A DNA stretch of 61,551 bases, the filler included. It is 5 parts of 5 records of this genome, joined end to end, with 100 filler letters (N's around TTAATTAATTAA, not from the genome) between each part and the next. Parts side by side here need not be neighbours in the genome. Positions count along the whole stretch, not along the records: positions 40,972 to 61,551 come from SRR20825006_2181; 4 more parts are not named here. The stretch is one strand, 5' to 3'. A model generated the notes under the pieces. The model saw only the letters and a list, made by a program, of their open reading frames with translations, searched no databases and was not told where the DNA came from. A program made the translations under genes and the position numbers. This document shows positions 48,720 to 58,370 of the stretch, in pieces. How positions within the stretch are numbered: position 1 is the first letter of the stretch; the number at the start of each line of letters is the position of its first letter.

Positions 48720-49643
48720 GTGATGAAAAAGGGGCTGGGGAGGGCCACTTTGGAATTCAAACGTCTGAAATATTTTATTGCCGTGGCCGAGGAATTGCAT
48801 TTTGGCCGCGCGGCGGCGCGTTTGGAAATGGCCCAGCCACCCTTGTCGCGCCAAATCGCGACGCTTGAAAAAGAGATCGGCGCGCAATTGTTTGATCGCG
48901 CCCGAAGCCAAATCCGGCTCACCGAGGCGGGTGCGGTTTTGTTGGATCGGGCGCGCGATATTTTGGACGATCTCGACAGCGCCTACCGTGAAGTGGAACT
49001 CATCGGGCGCGGTGGTGCGGGGCGGTTGCGCGTGGCCTTTGTTGGCTCTGCGACCCATGGGGTTTTGCCGTCGTTGATCAAATCCTATCGGTCGCATTAC
49101 CCGCATGTCGATCTGTCGCTCAGCTCAATGAACAACGCCGAATTGGAACGCGGTCTGATCCAACGCGATATCGACATCGCGGTGGCGCGGCCAAGCCTTC
49201 AAGGCGATGAATTCCGCTCCATGGCCTTGCATCACGAGCCTCTCATTCTTGCCCTGCCCGACAACTCGGCTCTGGCCGGTCAGAGCTTACCGATCAAGCT
49301 GGCGGATTTGGATAAAGAGACCTTTGTACTCTACCCGCGACGCCCGCGCCCGTCGTTTGCCGATCATATTTTGAAAGTCTGTGAGGGCGAAGGCTTTACA
49401 CCTGCGGATCAGATCTTTGCCCAAGATTACCAAACCGCCATTTCGCTTGTCTCAGTTGGGGTCGGCTTGGCGATGGTGCCCAAATCGGTGTCAAATTCGC
49501 CACGTGCGGGGGTGTTGTATCGCTCTTATGAGGGCAACAATCCCGGCACCTCTTTGACGGTGCATGCCCGGCGCGACAATCGCAAGCCGCAGGTGCTCCA
49601 ATTCTTTGACATCATTGAAAAATACACACGAAAGCGCACCTGA
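48720..49643 (+). CDS. LysR-family regulator (CatR/BenM-like)
   Basis: LKYFIAVAEELHFGRAAARL...QPPLSRQI; YPRRPRPSFADH. Confidence 0.92.
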   Translation: MMKKGLGRATLEFKRLKYFIAVAEELHFGRAAARLEMAQPPLSRQIATLEKEIGAQLFDRARSQIRLTEAGAVLLDRARDILDDLDSAYREVELIGRGGAGRLRVAFVGSATHGVLPSLIKSYRSHYPHVDLSLSSMNNAELERGLIQRDIDIAVARPSLQGDEFRSMALHHEPLILALPDNSALAGQSLPIKLADLDKETFVLYPRRPRPSFADHILKVCEGEGFTPADQIFAQDYQTAISLVSVGVGLAMVPKSVSNSPRAGVLYRSYEGNNPGTSLTVHARRDNRKPQVLQFFDIIEKYTRKRT

Positions 49644-49654
49644 TTTGATGACAA

Positions 49655-49698
49655 AAGGGCCTCACTAAAGCGTCACGCTTTAAACGGGGAGGCCCCTT
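49655..49698. terminator. Hairpin between convergent LysR and SBP genes
   Basis: AAGGGCCTC...GAGGCCCCTT enclosing TAAAGCG-TCA-CGCTTTA. Confidence 0.65.
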
Positions 49699-49702
49699 GT
49701 CT

Positions 49703-50980
49703 TTAGCCGATCGGACGCATTTGCGCACTCAGCGGGATGTCCGGTGCGTTGGTGTTGTCGACGATGTCGAGCACCGGTTTGCCATCGCGTACCGACCATT
49801 GGCCGCCGACCAGCGGCGTTTTGGCAATGTTCGGCACAGGGCCCGCACCAAAGTTGATCGTGCCGGTGATCGTGTTCAGATTGGTGGCACGGATCGCCGT
49901 GGCGATGCTGTCGGGGTCGGTGGGGTCCTCGGTCCGGGATAGCGCATCCAAAGCCACTTCAAACAGCGAGTGTTTAAAACCAAGCGGCATGGTCCAGAGG
50001 TTGCCGGTCTCGGCCTCATAAGCGCTGGCAAGATCGGTCGAGCTTTGCCCGGTCAGCGAAGAGTTGAACGGGTGATGCGGCGACCACCACACTTCGACCG
50101 AAAGCCCGTCTGCGCGGGGGCCAAGGGCGGCCATGGCCTGAGGAAATTCGCTGGCCTTGGCGACATTGATAACCTTGGGGGCAAAGCCTTGCTGAGCCGA
50201 TTGACTGAGGAACGTGGTGAAATCTGGCGGGATCACGACGCCGGTGACGATCTCGACCCCCGCGGCTTTGAAGGCCGAAATCTGTGCCGAGAAATCGTCG
50301 GTCATGGACTGAAACCGGCCCGTGTCGACCAAGGAATAGCCTTTGTCCGCCATCGGTTTTGGGAAGCCAAGCGCAGGATCACCCCAGGCATTGCCGTCCG
50401 GGTCATTGGGCCAAAGTGCACCGACCACCTTATTGGTGGCGACTTGATCCCATTGCGACATGAACGTGCTGATCACGTCTTCAAGGCCCCAGAAATAGTG
50501 GAACGTGTAATCAAACCCCTTGGCCGGATCGCCCTGACGGCCAAAGAAATGCGGTTGCCATGGCGTGTCATTGCTAATGCAAGGCACACCGTTCAACTCG
50601 GCCTGATCCGCCACCGGGTTGGTCGTGTCCGGCGTCGATGTGGTCAGGAGCATGTCCACCTCATCGTTGAGGATCAATTCCTGAGCAACGGAAGAGGCGC
50701 GGTTGGAGTTGGATTGACTGTCTTTCAGGATGATTTCGACCGGATGTTTGGTGCCTTGGATCATCACGCTGTCGCCGATTTGGGCGCGCACGGCGTCGAT
50801 CACAAATTGCGTTGGCTCGGCAAAAATGGCGAGCGGTCCGGTCACGGGCTGAACAAGACCAAGTTTGATGGTTTTGGTTTTGGCGAGTGCAGGCAAGGGA
50901 AATTGCGACAGCGCGGCACCGGAGGCCACCGCCCCCACGCCGCGCAAAAAGCCACGGCGGTTCACTGGTGTAGGTTTCAT
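49703..50980 (-). CDS. Branched-chain-type ABC substrate-binding protein with Tat signal
   Basis: NRRGFL twin-arginine motif; IKLGLVQPVTGPLA; GGAGGAG RBS. Confidence 0.9.
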   Translation of the reverse strand: MKPTPVNRRGFLRGVGAVASGAALSQFPLPALAKTKTIKLGLVQPVTGPLAIFAEPTQFVIDAVRAQIGDSVMIQGTKHPVEIILKDSQSNSNRASSVAQELILNDEVDMLLTTSTPDTTNPVADQAELNGVPCISNDTPWQPHFFGRQGDPAKGFDYTFHYFWGLEDVISTFMSQWDQVATNKVVGALWPNDPDGNAWGDPALGFPKPMADKGYSLVDTGRFQSMTDDFSAQISAFKAAGVEIVTGVVIPPDFTTFLSQSAQQGFAPKVINVAKASEFPQAMAALGPRADGLSVEVWWSPHHPFNSSLTGQSSTDLASAYEAETGNLWTMPLGFKHSLFEVALDALSRTEDPTDPDSIATAIRATNLNTITGTINFGAGPVPNIAKTPLVGGQWSVRDGKPVLDIVDNTNAPDIPLSAQMRPIG

Positions 50981-51271
50981 TTTTTCTCCTCCCATAGAGT
51001 GGTTGGAGTATCCCCCGTGGCGTGTGATGTGCCTATGCTGTGGCCAGTATTGGATGATACGGGCGGTGACAGGCCCTTGTTTGAGTTGGCTTGGAGCTGT
51101 CCGCTTGGCGGACACCTCTTCGGCGAGCCTGTTTTCCCACATCCGCGAGCCATATAGTTTTTGATGATTTAGCGTTGGGAGGAACGCCATGAAAACGCAC
51201 AGGTTTCCCTTTGCGCGACAGCGTAGGGGGCGGTTTTTTGCCGCGCATAAAAGCTCTGAAGGGCGCGCAGC

Positions 51272-51757
51272 ATGATCGACGGAAAATATAAAAAACGCAT
51301 ATCAAATACCTTCTTGGCTGCCGCTGCATCCTGCTTTCTGTTTGGAGCCGGGGTGACCGTGATGGATGTGATTTTGCGGGCGGTTGCGGGTATGAATGTG
51401 CCCGCCGCCATTGAACTGACATCCCTGTCCATTGGTTTGGGTGCGCTGCTGTCGATGCCGGTCTGTTACGCGAAACGGACCCATGTGACGGCCAAGCTGT
51501 TGTCCGAACTGTCGCCAAACCGCTTCACCCGGCCTTTGGGTGTGTTGGGCAGCATTGCCTCGCTGATCTTTGCCGGGCTTTTGTTTTGGATCTTGGCCGA
51601 AAACACCCTGTCCAAACTGGGCTCACCCGAAACCACAGCCGATTTGGGCGTGCCGGTGTCGGTGGCGCTGATGGTAGTGACGCTCACCCTCTTGGCCGCT
51701 CTTGTCGCCGCGCTCGCGGCACTCTGGTTCTCCGTGAAAAATGAGAAGGATTGGTGA
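51272..51757 (+). CDS. dctQ: TRAP transporter small permease
   Basis: Four TM segments; DVILR; HVTAKLL. Confidence 0.82.
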   Translation: MIDGKYKKRISNTFLAAAASCFLFGAGVTVMDVILRAVAGMNVPAAIELTSLSIGLGALLSMPVCYAKRTHVTAKLLSELSPNRFTRPLGVLGSIASLIFAGLLFWILAENTLSKLGSPETTADLGVPVSVALMVVTLTLLAALVAALAALWFSVKNEKDW

Positions 51758-53058
51758 TGAGCGGGATGCTTTTGGGTGGCATGGGGTTCTTTGCCGCAAT
51801 CGTGATGATCTTTCTAGAAGTGCCGGTTGCTGTCGCCCTTGGTCTTGTCGGCGTGCTTGGATCGGCGATGATCATCGGCTTGCCCGGTGCCATGGCGATT
51901 GGCGCGACAACGACATGGGACAGTCTGACCAACTACACGCTGACCATGTTGCCGCTGTTTGTGATGATGGGCAATTTGGCCGCGCGCAGCGGGCTTTCGA
52001 CCAAGCTCTATCAATCCATGTCGGTGCTGATCGGTCACCGCCGGGGCGGGCTTGCGCTTGCGACGATTGGCGCGTCGGCGGGGTTTGGGATGATCTCCGG
52101 GTCGTCCTTGGCCACCACCGCCACCATGGGCCGGATTGCCTTGCCGGAAATGAAAGCCGCCGGGTATTCGCGCTCGCTCTCTGCCGGGTCGGTGGCTGCG
52201 GGTGGCACGCTTGGTATTCTGATCCCGCCGTCAACGGTCCTGGTGATCTATGCCTTCATCGCCGAGCAATCCATTCGTGACCTGCTTTTGGCCACGGCCG
52301 GACCGATCTTTTTGGCTGTTCTGCTGTACTGTCTGGCGATCTGGGTGCCGATCTGGATGGGGTGGTCTGTGGCACCACAGCGGGTGCGAGCCGAAGGTCC
52401 GGAACGGCGCAGCGCGATCAAGGAATTGCTGCCCCCGGTCGGTATTTTTGGCCTGATCATGGGCGGGCTTTATTCGGGCGTGTTCACCGCCAACGAAACC
52501 GCCGCCATCGGGGCCGCCGTGGTTTTGGCCTATGGTTTGCTGGCGCGGCGTTTGTCCTTTGAGGGCTTCATGTCCGCGATCATGGACACGGCGATGACTT
52601 GTGGTGCGCTCTATCTGGTGTTGATCGGCGCGAACTTGTTTAACTTTTTCCTCGCCCTCTCGGGTCTGCCGTTTTCCCTCACCGGTTTGTTTTCCGGCAT
52701 CTTGGATCAGCCGCTTCTGGTGATCTTGTTGATGCTGGCGATCTATCTGGTCTTGGGCACGTTGATGGACAGCCTGGCGATGCTGTTGCTCACCGTGCCA
52801 CTGTTCGTGCCGGTGGCGCAGGCGGCGGGGATCGACCTTGTGTGGTTCGGGATTTTTGCCGTGATGGTGGTGGAAATGGGACTGATTACCCCGCCCGTCG
52901 GCATGAATCTTTTTGTCCTTAAAACCGTCGCACCGGACGTCAAGCTCACTGAGCTTTGGAAAGGGGCGGCCCCTTTTGTCATCGCCGATTTCATCCGCGT
53001 GGGGATCATTATCGCTCTGCCCGCGCTTGTCATTTGGCTGCCCTACCATGCGATCTGA
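51757..53058 (+). CDS. dctM: TRAP transporter large permease
   Basis: SGSSLAT; GTLGILIPPS; GLITPPVGMNLF. Confidence 0.93.
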   Translation: MSGMLLGGMGFFAAIVMIFLEVPVAVALGLVGVLGSAMIIGLPGAMAIGATTTWDSLTNYTLTMLPLFVMMGNLAARSGLSTKLYQSMSVLIGHRRGGLALATIGASAGFGMISGSSLATTATMGRIALPEMKAAGYSRSLSAGSVAAGGTLGILIPPSTVLVIYAFIAEQSIRDLLLATAGPIFLAVLLYCLAIWVPIWMGWSVAPQRVRAEGPERRSAIKELLPPVGIFGLIMGGLYSGVFTANETAAIGAAVVLAYGLLARRLSFEGFMSAIMDTAMTCGALYLVLIGANLFNFFLALSGLPFSLTGLFSGILDQPLLVILLMLAIYLVLGTLMDSLAMLLLTVPLFVPVAQAAGIDLVWFGIFAVMVVEMGLITPPVGMNLFVLKTVAPDVKLTELWKGAAPFVIADFIRVGIIIALPALVIWLPYHAI

Positions 53059-53079
53059 TCAGAAAAACGGGAGGAAACT

Positions 53080-54090
53080 ATGATCAATACTCTACTCAAA
53101 GCCACCACTGTGGCACTTGCCTTGGGTCTGTCTTTTACCGCGTCTATGGCAGAGGCGCGCGAAATGCGCGTGTCGTCTTTTGAGCCTGCACAAGGGTTCT
53201 ATTCGTCGAAGGTGCTGCAAGCCTGGATCGACGAGGTCAACCCGAAGCTGTCCAAAGGCGCGTCCTTTAAACTCTACCCCGGCTCCATCCTTGGCGCACC
53301 GCCCGCACAGGCGGAATTGGTCAAAGCGGGTGTGGCCGATGTCGCGCTGGTTGTGCCGACCTATACGCCGGGTCTGTTCCCGATGTCAGGTGTGGTCGAA
53401 GTGCCGGGTCTGGTTGCAACATCGGCGCAGGGCACCGCGATCCTCAATGCGCTGGACGAAGACGGTGCGTTGAGCGCGGAATATGCCGATTACAAAGTGA
53501 TCGCCCTGTTCACCACGCCGGGCTACCGCTTTTTCATGACGGACGCCGCCGCCGCCACGCCTGCCGATCTCAACGGTTTGAAACTGCGCACCCCGTCGAA
53601 ATTTGGCTCGACCCTGTTTGATCTTCTGGGCGCGTCAGGCGTGTCTATTCCAGCACCACAGGTCTATGAAAACCTTGAACGCGGTGTGGTCTCGGGTGCG
53701 GTTTGGGTGATGGATGCCTATCGCACCTTCCGCCTCAATGAAGTCGCCCCCTATATCACCACCGCGCGTTTCACCTCTTCGCCCATGGCCGTTTTGATGA
53801 ACAAACGCACCTATGAGGGCCTGTCGGAGGCGGACAAAGCCGTGTTGGATGAGATGTCCGGTCGGGCCACGGCCGAATGGATCGCCTCCGTTGTCGATCA
53901 AACCGATGCCGAGGTCGAAGCGGCGTTTCGCGCGGCGGGTGAGGTGACCTTTGTCGAACTCGATGAGGCAGGTCATGCGGCATGGGATGCGGCATTGGCG
54001 GAGGCTCCGGCCAAATGGGTGGCCGAGCAGGCTGACCCGGACGTGGCCGAAACCGTGCTGACCCGTGCGCGCGAGGTCTCTGCACGCTGA
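53080..54090 (+). CDS. dctP: TRAP substrate-binding protein
   Basis: Signal peptide; DLNGLKLR; QVYENLERGVV. Confidence 0.9.
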   Translation: MINTLLKATTVALALGLSFTASMAEAREMRVSSFEPAQGFYSSKVLQAWIDEVNPKLSKGASFKLYPGSILGAPPAQAELVKAGVADVALVVPTYTPGLFPMSGVVEVPGLVATSAQGTAILNALDEDGALSAEYADYKVIALFTTPGYRFFMTDAAAATPADLNGLKLRTPSKFGSTLFDLLGASGVSIPAPQVYENLERGVVSGAVWVMDAYRTFRLNEVAPYITTARFTSSPMAVLMNKRTYEGLSEADKAVLDEMSGRATAEWIASVVDQTDAEVEAAFRAAGEVTFVELDEAGHAAWDAALAEAPAKWVAEQADPDVAETVLTRAREVSAR

Positions 54091-54095
54091 TCTTC

Positions 54096-54133
54096 TCTCC
54101 GCCCGCCCTGTCCACAGCGCGGACGGGCGGAGA
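54096..54133. terminator. Intercistronic stem-loop after dctP
   Basis: TCTCCGCCCG...CGGGCGGAGA. Confidence 0.5.
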
Positions 54134-54201
54134 TGACGCCTCGAGATTGGGTCGTTTGGCCTGTAAAATGAGGCATTCCTGAACAAATGATGGAGAACAC
54201 C

Positions 54202-55182
54202 ATGGCAATCATTGCTCTGGGCTATCTCGGTGTGCGCTCTGACAAGCTCGATGACTGGGGAGATTTTGCTGGCAAACTGTTGGGCATGCAAAAAATCGAC
54301 CGTGGCGGCAAGGCGCTGGCGTTTCGCATGGATGACAAGGTCCAGCGGCTTTTGGTCTCTGACGAACCCGGTGAAACGCTGGCGTTTCTGGGCTTTGAGG
54401 TGGCTACCCGTGAGGATTTACAAGCCTACGCCGCCCGTCTTGATGCCGCGGGCGTGGCCGTCACGATGGCCACAAATGAGCTCGCGGATCGCCGGTTTGT
54501 CGAAGACATGATTTGGTTCAAAGATCCGGGTGGCAACCGGGTTGAGCTGTTTTACAAACCGATGATCGCCACCGATCCGTTTGTGCCGGGGCGGCCGATT
54601 GATGGCTTTATGACCGGACCTTTGGGCATGGGGCACGCGGTGCTTCACGTCAAAGACATCGACGTGATGATGCCGTTTTACCGCGATCTGTTGGACTTTC
54701 ACGTCTCGGACTACGGGTTGGAACCCTACGGGCTGTACTTTTTCCACCTCAACAATCGTCACCATTCCTTTGCCATGGTCGGCTCGGGACAGCTTGGGTT
54801 TCATCATTTCATGGTCGAATTCCAAAACCTTGATGATCTGGGCCAAGGCTATGATTTGGCGCAGATGGAGGAGGGCCGCGTCGCCTATACGCTGGGCCGC
54901 CACACCAATGATTACATGACCTCCTATTACGCCCATTCGCCCTCCGGCTTTTTTGTCGAAAACGGCTGGGGCGGGCGGTTGATCGAGCCCGAAACATGGG
55001 AGCCGCATGAGACCCATGATGGGCCGAGCTTCTGGGGCCATGAACGGCTTTATCTCACCGAAGAAAGCGGGCGCAAACGCCTGCGCGATATGCGTCTGGA
55101 TGCCGCCGCACGGGGGCGGCGTGCGCCACCCGTGGCCGACTGCCCATGGCTTTTCGGTGAACTGACCAAACAGGGAAAATAA
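54202..55182 (+). CDS. Type I (VOC) extradiol dioxygenase, BphC/HsaC-like
   Basis: LGYLG; DPGGNRVE; metal ligands in GHAVL, HHFMVE and FVENGW; GRHTND. Confidence 0.9.
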   Translation: MAIIALGYLGVRSDKLDDWGDFAGKLLGMQKIDRGGKALAFRMDDKVQRLLVSDEPGETLAFLGFEVATREDLQAYAARLDAAGVAVTMATNELADRRFVEDMIWFKDPGGNRVELFYKPMIATDPFVPGRPIDGFMTGPLGMGHAVLHVKDIDVMMPFYRDLLDFHVSDYGLEPYGLYFFHLNNRHHSFAMVGSGQLGFHHFMVEFQNLDDLGQGYDLAQMEEGRVAYTLGRHTNDYMTSYYAHSPSGFFVENGWGGRLIEPETWEPHETHDGPSFWGHERLYLTEESGRKRLRDMRLDAAARGRRAPPVADCPWLFGELTKQGK

Positions 55183-55184
55183 CT

Positions 55185-56678
55185 ATGGAACACTATGATG
55201 TCGCCATCGTGGGTTATGGCCCTGCGGGCGCAACTTTGGCTCATCTTTTGGGTCAATGCGGGGTAAAAACGCTTGTTTTGGATCGCGAAAGCGCGGCCTA
55301 TCACCTGCCACGCGCGGTGCATTTTGACGCCGAAGTAATGCGGGTGTTTCAGTGGATTGGCATCGCCGACGAGATGGAACCAAAAACGGCGCTGCATCCG
55401 GGGATGCAATTTGTCGATGCTGACGGCAAACTGTTGTTGGATTGGCCGCGCCCACAGGGCGAAGGGCCGCAAGGCTGGCGCTCGAATTTCCGCTTTCACC
55501 AACCCGATCTCGAAGAGGTGCTGCGCACCAACCTGACCGCCCGCAAAGAGGTCACCATTCGCACCCGCTGCGATGTGTTCAACATTGAGGATCAAGGCGA
55601 TGTGGTCGAGCTGCGGTTCGAAGACATGTCCTGTGGCAAGGTCGAGCGCGTCACCGCAAGCTATGTTGTCGGCTGTGACGGCGCGCGTTCGCTCGTGCGA
55701 CGCTATATCGAAACCGGGATGGAAGATTACGGCTTTCACGAACGCTGGCTGGTGGTCGATGCGATCCTGAAACGGGACAAGCCCGAGCTCGGCGATCATT
55801 CGATCCAATATTGCCGCCCCGACCGCCCCGCCACCTACGTGCGGGTGCCGGGGATGCGGCGGCGGTGGGAGATCACGGTCAAGCCCGATGAGGATACAAA
55901 TGAGATTTCCAAACCGGAACGGGTGTGGGAGTTGCTCGCCGATTGGTTGACACCAGATGAGGCCGATTTGGAGCGCACAGCGGTCTATGTGTTCCACTCT
56001 CTCGTTGCCAATGAGTGGCGCAAGGGGCGGCTTTTGTTGGCCGGTGATGCCTGTCACCAAACCCCGCCGTTCATGGGACAGGGCATGTGTGCGGGCACCC
56101 GCGACGTTGCCAATCTCTATTGGAAATTGGCGTTGATTTGTAAGGGCAAGGTGACGGGCAAAGCCGCAGAGGCATTGCTGGACAGCTACGAGAGCGAGCG
56201 CAAACCCAATGCCCGCGAATATATCCAAACCGCCGTGCGGTTGGGCGGGTTGATCAACACTGCGGGCACCGAAGCGGCCCTGCGCGCCGCCTTTCCAAGT
56301 GCCGATGGCTCGGCCCGAATGAACAGCATCGCGCCGCCTTTGGGCGAGGGGATCGGTGTTGGCGATCTCGCGGGGCGTTTGTTCGGTCAACCGCGCCTGA
56401 GCGACGGGCGGTTGATGGATGATGTCTATCGCCATCAATTCGTTGTCGTAGCCCAGGCCGATGTGGCGCAGGGTTTGAACCTGCCCGACGGTGTTGCTTT
56501 GGTCACAACGCACACATCAAACGCCGCGGATCACCTTGCGCACCTTGGTGCCCGCGCCACCGTGCTTCGCCCCGACCGTCACACGCTGGGCGGGGCCAAT
56601 ACAAAAGAGGAGCTTGCGGCACTTTTGGCCCTCGTGCTTCCAAATCCAATTGAAACGCAACAACCTGAACGGGTCTGA
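55185..56678 (+). CDS. FAD-dependent aromatic hydroxylase, MhpA-like
   Basis: IVGYGPAG; PRAVHFD; FHQPDLE; GCDGARS; LAGDACHQTPPFMGQG. Confidence 0.9.
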   Translation: MEHYDVAIVGYGPAGATLAHLLGQCGVKTLVLDRESAAYHLPRAVHFDAEVMRVFQWIGIADEMEPKTALHPGMQFVDADGKLLLDWPRPQGEGPQGWRSNFRFHQPDLEEVLRTNLTARKEVTIRTRCDVFNIEDQGDVVELRFEDMSCGKVERVTASYVVGCDGARSLVRRYIETGMEDYGFHERWLVVDAILKRDKPELGDHSIQYCRPDRPATYVRVPGMRRRWEITVKPDEDTNEISKPERVWELLADWLTPDEADLERTAVYVFHSLVANEWRKGRLLLAGDACHQTPPFMGQGMCAGTRDVANLYWKLALICKGKVTGKAAEALLDSYESERKPNAREYIQTAVRLGGLINTAGTEAALRAAFPSADGSARMNSIAPPLGEGIGVGDLAGRLFGQPRLSDGRLMDDVYRHQFVVVAQADVAQGLNLPDGVALVTTHTSNAADHLAHLGARATVLRPDRHTLGGANTKEELAALLALVLPNPIETQQPERV

Positions 56679-56682
56679 ACCA

Positions 56683-57525
56683 ATGAAACTTTGCTCTTTT
56701 ACCAAGGACGGCACGTCCTCTTATGGTCTCGTCACTGAGTTCGGCATCGTCGATCTCGGCAAACGTTTTGACGCGCCGACGCTGCGCGATTTTTTGGCCA
56801 CGGGCGACATGGCAGCCGCCGCAGCTCTGGTCTCTGCGGATGCCGATTATGCCTTTGACGATGTGGCCCATGATCCGGTCATTCCTAACCCGGATAAAAT
56901 CATCTGTGTGGGTCTGAATTATCACGCCCATATCGAGGAGACAGGCCGCGAAGAGACCCCGAACCCGGTGCTTTTTGCCCGCTATCAGGGCTCGCAGATC
57001 GGGCACAATGCGCCGCTGATCAAACCGCTTGAGTCGGATAAATTCGACTATGAGGGCGAGGTCGCCGTGATCATCGGCAAAGAGGGACGCCGCATTTCGG
57101 AAGCGGATGCGATGGATTATGTGGCGGGCTATGCCTGTTACAACGACGGGTCCGTGCGCGATTGGCAAAAGCACACGCATCAATTCATGCCGGGCAAAAC
57201 ATTTGCCGGGACGGGCGGTTTTGGCCCTTGGATGGTCACGGCGGATGAGATCGAAGATCACACCAAAATGCGGCTCCAAACCCGGTTGAACGGCGAAACG
57301 GTGCAAGACACCACGCTGGATATGCTGGTCTGTTCGATCCCGCGTTTGATTGCCTATTGTTCGACCATCTTGCCGCTGTTGCCGGGCGATGTGATCGTCT
57401 CCGGTACGCCGGGTGGGGTTGGCGCGCGTCGCACACCGCCGCTGTTCATGAAAGACGGGGATATTTGTGAGGTCGAAGTGTCGGGCGTCGGCATTTTGTC
57501 AAACCCGGTCAAAGCTGAAGTCTAA
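56683..57525 (+). CDS. Fumarylacetoacetate hydrolase-family protein
   Basis: CVGLNY; DYEGE; NDGSVRDWQ; GDVIVSGTPGGVG. Confidence 0.92.
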   Translation: MKLCSFTKDGTSSYGLVTEFGIVDLGKRFDAPTLRDFLATGDMAAAAALVSADADYAFDDVAHDPVIPNPDKIICVGLNYHAHIEETGREETPNPVLFARYQGSQIGHNAPLIKPLESDKFDYEGEVAVIIGKEGRRISEADAMDYVAGYACYNDGSVRDWQKHTHQFMPGKTFAGTGGFGPWMVTADEIEDHTKMRLQTRLNGETVQDTTLDMLVCSIPRLIAYCSTILPLLPGDVIVSGTPGGVGARRTPPLFMKDGDICEVEVSGVGILSNPVKAEV

Positions 57526-57563
57526 GGCTTACGCGCGGGGGCGGAGTGTGACAGTCTCAGCCT

Positions 57564-58361
57564 ATGATGGCTTTTGGTTCCGACACCCCTGCGACCGCTT
57601 CCGGTGGGTCCGTGCGCGCGCTTGCACGCGGGCTTGCCATTTTGCGCTATGTGAACCGGATGGGCGAGACCCGGCCCGGTGAAATTGCCAAGGCGCTGAA
57701 TCTACCGCGCCCGACCGTCTACCGGCTTTTGGAGACGCTGGAGGAACTGGGCTATGTCGCCTTTTCCGCCACCTCGAATTATGTGCGCGTGACGCGGTTT
57801 GCCGCCGCTTTGGGAGACGGCTATGCGCTGACCTCTGAACTGTCACAGGCGGCGGGGCCTTTGTTTGCCGAATATGGTCAACGGCTTGTCTGGCCGCTTG
57901 ATCTGACCATTTACAACAACGCGGCAATGGTCATTCAGGAGACCACCCATGGCCGGTCTCCGCTGTCGATCGACAGAGGCATGACCGGGTATAAATTGCC
58001 GGTGTTGCGCACCTCTGCGGGGCGGGCCTATCTGAGTTTTTGTTCGGATGAGGAACGGGGTTTGATCCTAGAGCATCTGCGTCGGCTCAATGATCCCGAG
58101 GATGTTCCGTTTTTGGAACAGCGCTGGTTGGAGCTCTTGTTTGAACAGACCCGCGCGCGCGGCATCGCCATTCGCGACAGTGGCGAATTTCGTGCGCAAA
58201 CGGCGTCGCTTGCGGTTCCGATCAGATCGGGCGGCAATGTTTTGGGCTGTGTCTCCATCATCTGGATTCGTAGCGCCATGAGCACCGGTAAGGCACTTGA
58301 AACCTTTGCCGGAGCTTTGCCGGAGCTTGCCGATAAAATCGCCGGGTCTTTGCCGGATTGA
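57564..58361 (+). CDS. IclR-family regulator (MhpR-like)
   Basis: VRALARGLAIL; LPRPTVYRLLETL; TSAGRAYL. Confidence 0.9.
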   Translation: MMAFGSDTPATASGGSVRALARGLAILRYVNRMGETRPGEIAKALNLPRPTVYRLLETLEELGYVAFSATSNYVRVTRFAAALGDGYALTSELSQAAGPLFAEYGQRLVWPLDLTIYNNAAMVIQETTHGRSPLSIDRGMTGYKLPVLRTSAGRAYLSFCSDEERGLILEHLRRLNDPEDVPFLEQRWLELLFEQTRARGIAIRDSGEFRAQTASLAVPIRSGGNVLGCVSIIWIRSAMSTGKALETFAGALPELADKIAGSLPD

Positions 58362-58370
58362 CGGCCAGCC

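Noticed and set aside
55050-56513. 487-aa minus-strand ORF
   Set aside because: Antisense shadow of the FAD hydroxylase.
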